Source of the DNA: Botryllus schlosseri
Taxonomy: Eukaryota
Assembly (NCBI GenBank): GCA_051294905.1
Contig: CM119373.1
Coordinates: 4,218,001-4,282,000, forward strand
Direction of reading: 5' to 3'
Length of the DNA stretch: 64,000 nt
The position numbers were made by a program, and so were the translations under genes. Below, piece by piece: positions 63,179 to 64,000 of the stretch. The notes under the pieces are model-generated. The model was not told the origin of the DNA and did no database searches. It saw only the letters and a program-made list of their open reading frames with translations. Position 1 is the stretch's first letter. Each line of letters begins with the position of its first letter.

Positions 63179-64000
63179 CTATAGGGCCACTAACATGTCT
63201 AGATTTCTACTACTCGTTTCGTATGCTGCTACACAACCAATCGAGTTTTACATTCTTCCACAGTGGAAAATACTAATGACTCTATAATTTTCTCTGATAA
63301 ATTAACCGTTAGGGGTATGCAATGTAAACATTTTCACTCCGCAGAAAAATCATGCAGTCATCAGAGTTACTCGATTCAGTCTCAAGTGCTTCAAACATTG
63401 TGTTCTGTTCCGTGAACGAGAGTGGGCAATGCCACACGTAGGTCACACAACAAATAATATAAATATAATGTAGGCCTATACCTTCAGTTACGTGACCGCA
63501 GATGTTGGAACACTGCGCTTACTGACCAACAACATTGATAGCAACAATGAAATCAGCTTGAGAAGGAATACGCCTACAACTTACGTAACTGAACCCAACT
63601 TTAACAGCATTTTTTAGATTTCTTACACCAACTTCAATTTACTGAAGCATCGAAGCAGCATCAACCATCCCATAGATTTAATTTTCAAATCGTATCATTA
63701 TAATTCGAAATGATAAATTTCTGAAGGAAAGATTTTATCAACATAAGGACTGTCAGTGAAGCATGCAAAGTAGCATTGTCGCGGATGAAAATTCTCCACG
63801 CGAAAGCGCTTATACGATTGAATAATATATTCATATCGTCATAACCCGAATATTTTCGGCTGACACTCGTCGGGGGTAATCGCCAGCAACTATAGTAGAT
63901 AATTTAAACAAACTTCGTCTACCAACAATCGTATATCATCAAATATGACGTCACCGGCGTGGAATTTCGAATAATTGAGGCAAAGAGATGGCCCACGCTC

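Overview
AT-rich, intron-containing animal genomic DNA. An invertebrate, possibly an ascidian, is my inference from the gene and repeat style. (1) Bases 1-6588 form a near-perfect giant palindrome (axis 3294/3295, arms of at least 3.27 kb, four mismatches seen by eye). Its 44-bp spacer carries degenerate TTAGGG-like sequence, and its outer arms are a ~200-bp satellite built into 411-bp dimers and a 1388-bp higher-order repeat running to ~7830. (2) Two spliced minus-strand innate-immune-type genes can be assembled by hand. One is an intact 5-exon secreted fibrinogen-related-domain (FReD) gene (44551-27003, 251 aa). The other is a pentraxin-domain gene whose last exon has a frameshift and a stop (probable pseudogene). 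(3) The rest is dominated by transposons: many hAT-type non-autonomous elements with 8-bp TSDs nested up to four deep, a composite MITE present three times, a 5'-truncated R4/Dong-like RLE retrotransposon in a (TAA)n tract, a decayed RNase H-bearing LINE, a MULE-like element with a 9-bp TSD, tRNA-derived SINEs and a 250-bp foldback MITE. All calls were made by eye; no searches were run.
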